DNA of 17,231 nt from NCBI GenBank assembly GCA_038523235.1, contig JBCBJQ010000120.1, positions 1 through 17,231 on the forward strand, read 5' to 3'. The notes beneath the pieces are model-generated. The model had not been told where the DNA came from. It was given only the letters and a program-made list of their open reading frames with translations, and made no database searches. Below are positions 15,373 to 17,231 of this stretch, in pieces. Within the stretch, counting starts at the first letter, position 1; each line of letters opens with the position of its first letter. This stretch comes from Cyanobacteria bacterium J06626_4 (GTDB lineage: Bacteria > Cyanobacteriota > Cyanobacteriia > Phormidesmidales > Phormidesmidaceae). The position numbers and the translations under genes are program-made.

Positions 15373-16422
15373 ATGGCTTCGACATCTCCTGAGCTCACGA
15401 CAACCACGACTCCTTTATTAGGGCAGTCTCTAGAAGAACTGACGGATTGGGTCAAGGCGCAGGGGCAGCCTAGCTATCGGGGCAAGCAGCTGCACCAGTG
15501 GCTGTATGAAAAATATGCCCGTACCCTAGCGGACGTGACGGTATTTTCTAAAGAGTGGCGGGCCGAGGTGGCGGCAGTGCCTGTCGGACGATCGCAGCTG
15601 CACTTTCGCTCTGTCGCGCCCGATGGCACGGTGAAATATTTGTTGAAGCTAGCCGATGGTCACATTATTGAAGCGGTCGGCATTCCCACCGAACGCCGAC
15701 TTACCGTGTGTGTCTCTTCTCAAGTGGGCTGTCCCATGGCCTGTGATTTTTGTGCCACGGGCAAAGGCGGCTTTTTGCGCAATCTAGAAACCCACGAAAT
15801 TGTCGATCAGGTCTTGACCGTACAGGAAGATTTTGATCAGCGCGTCAGCAATATCGTCTTTATGGGCATGGGTGAGCCCTTACTGAACCAAAAAAATGTA
15901 GTGAAAGCAGTGCGATCGCTCAATCAAGATGTCGGCATCAGTCAGCGCTCGATCACCGTTTCAACGGTCGGGATTCCCGGTCAAATTCGACGATTAGCCG
16001 CCGAAACCCTAAAAATTACGCTGGCGGTCAGTCTCCATGCTTCTAACCAGACGCTGCGAGAAACTCTCATCCCCAGTGCTCGTCAATATCCCCTTGAGGC
16101 CTTAATGGAAGAGTGCCGCGAATATTTGCATCAGACCCGGCGGCGCATTAGCTTCGAATACATTTTGTTGTCAGGGCTAAACGACCTGCCCCATCATGCC
16201 GCTGAATTAGCCGAAATGGTGGGCGGCTTTCAAAGCCACGTCAACCTGATTCCTTACAACCCCATCAGCGAGGTCGATTATCAGCGACCGAGTGATCACC
16301 AGATCCAAACCTTTGTTGATGAACTCAAACAGCGCAACGTTGTTGTTAGCGTGCGCTATTCTCGTGGGCTGGAAAAAGATGCCGCCTGTGGCCAGCTGAG
16401 AGCACAGAAGCTAGCCAGCTAA
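15373..16422 (+). CDS. rlmN: 23S rRNA (adenine(2503)-C2)-methyltransferase, radical SAM
   Basis: [40 protein letters not shown] and DAACGQL. Confidence 0.97.
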   Translation: MASTSPELTTTTTPLLGQSLEELTDWVKAQGQPSYRGKQLHQWLYEKYARTLADVTVFSKEWRAEVAAVPVGRSQLHFRSVAPDGTVKYLLKLADGHIIEAVGIPTERRLTVCVSSQVGCPMACDFCATGKGGFLRNLETHEIVDQVLTVQEDFDQRVSNIVFMGMGEPLLNQKNVVKAVRSLNQDVGISQRSITVSTVGIPGQIRRLAAETLKITLAVSLHASNQTLRETLIPSARQYPLEALMEECREYLHQTRRRISFEYILLSGLNDLPHHAAELAEMVGGFQSHVNLIPYNPISEVDYQRPSDHQIQTFVDELKQRNVVVSVRYSRGLEKDAACGQLRAQKLAS

Positions 16423-16471
16423 GCTCACGGGTATCTCAACAACTCAACCGCAGTTCAGCCTACTGCAAACC

Positions 16472-16498
16472 AAAAAAACAGACTTTTCAAAGGAAGTC
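16472..16498 (-). terminator. Possible weak intrinsic terminator for minus-strand transcription
   Basis: The minus strand reads GACTT-cctttgaa-AAGTC-TG-TTTTTTT, a short stem followed by a T tract. Confidence 0.3.
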
Positions 16499-16807
16499 AG
16501 GTGATTGAACAAGCCCAAAAGCTGACTTTAAGCACTCGTCGAGCCTGGCAGTTGCAGCTCATTCTGTTCGTAAGCGATCGCGTCACCCGTAAAGCCTTAG
16601 CCGATAGCGTTGTAGCGGAGGTCGTCGTTGAGACCGATATCAATGGGTGATTGACTAAGATCTGGCAGCCGTCGGCAGTGAGGGGTCGGAATTGAAAAGC
16701 CGACTAGATTGTAATTTCAGTCATCTGGAATGGCCTGATCTAGCTGCGGTTAGACGTATCGGCATGACTTGATTGCAACAACCATGCCAACCATGCTTTA
16801 ACGCAGC

Positions 16808-17179
16808 TTAGTGAGTGCGAGTGGCCAGCAGTTGTTCTTCTAAGGCGGCAATGCGGTTGTAGGCAGCTGTGAGCTGAGCCGTTAGTCGCTGAATTTGCAC
16901 TTCGGGAGACAACACAGTGTCATCGCCAGACGTTTCGGGATCAACGTAGACCGAATCCATCAGAATGTCTTTGTGCATGAGCAAGGACTCACCACGCTGG
17001 AAATTACTAGATGGCCGAACGCGTGGTGGGTAGCTATCATCCAACACGCTGGCACTTGCCGAAGAAGACTTTGATGTCGAAAGCATCTCGGTCACCCGAG
17101 AGTTGACCTGGTCAATCACCTCGTGAAGTGCGTCAACTTTTTGAGTCAGCAATGTGACTTGTGATTGCATAGGTTCCAT
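16808..17179 (-). CDS. Hypothetical small coiled-coil protein
   Basis: 123-aa ORF with ATG start. Heptad-like N- and C-terminal helices (LTQKVDALHEVIDQV, LSPEVQIQRLTAQLTAAYNRIAALEEQLL) flank a Ser-rich linker. The C-terminal motif resembles a cyanobacterial conserved hypothetical family (from recall, unverified). Confidence 0.75.
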   Translation of the reverse strand: MEPMQSQVTLLTQKVDALHEVIDQVNSRVTEMLSTSKSSSASASVLDDSYPPRVRPSSNFQRGESLLMHKDILMDSVYVDPETSGDDTVLSPEVQIQRLTAQLTAAYNRIAALEEQLLATRTH

Positions 17180-17231
17180 ATGACGCTGAAGCTCTTGAAT
17201 AGAATTATGTATATCCTATAGCTGCTTTTTT

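Larger units (their letters stand above)
366..16581. repeat. Dispersed HIP1 octamers (GCGATCGC), about 26 copies
   Basis: Counted by eye at 366, 1375, 1512, 2363, 3269, 3981, 4639, 5211, 6124, 6727, 7925, 8464, 10359, 10454, 11380, 11894, 12269, 13025, 13139, 13306, 13536, 13589, 14026, 14574, 15912 and 16574. This is far above chance for an 8-mer in 17 kb. Confidence 0.95.

Noticed and set aside
7636..15455. Numerous 60-157 aa ORFs nested in or overlapping prfC, cobA, DUF4230, GST, glcE, glcF and rlmN (e.g. 11988-12461, 12855-13286, 13338-13622, 15246-15455)
   Set aside because: These are alternative-frame or antisense ORFs expected in moderately GC-rich coding DNA, with no domain-like features.

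Overview
This window is cyanobacterial DNA: I counted about 26 HIP1 octamers (GCGATCGC) by eye, and the glcE/glcF, GST and CobA proteins are cyanobacterial in type. A filamentous Leptolyngbya/Nodosilinea-like host is my inference only. The left third (1-5122) is a co-oriented tandem array of at least six paralogous internalin-like genes built from 22-aa leucine-rich repeats (LRRs), and the array runs off the left edge. Four complete members share a signal peptide ending in Cys, an FxDWC...C N-cap, a variable number of LRRs (12, 9, 6, 8) and an NPL..TCP(V/L)QP..IC C-cap. They are joined by a conserved 79-81 nt spacer. The last member (13 LRRs) has no signal peptide and has lost its C-cap cysteines. 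The LRR framework is constant while the concave-face positions are hypervariable, so the array looks like a diversifying surface-binder repertoire, which is the most interesting signal here. After it come a secreted tandem-SH3b protein and an outer-membrane beta-barrel. The rest is mostly housekeeping: prfC, cobA, a DUF4230-like protein plus a GST (with a candidate LexA box), glcE, glcF, rlmN and a small coiled-coil hypothetical gene. I saw no rRNA, tRNA, CRISPR array, integrase, transposase or reverse transcriptase.
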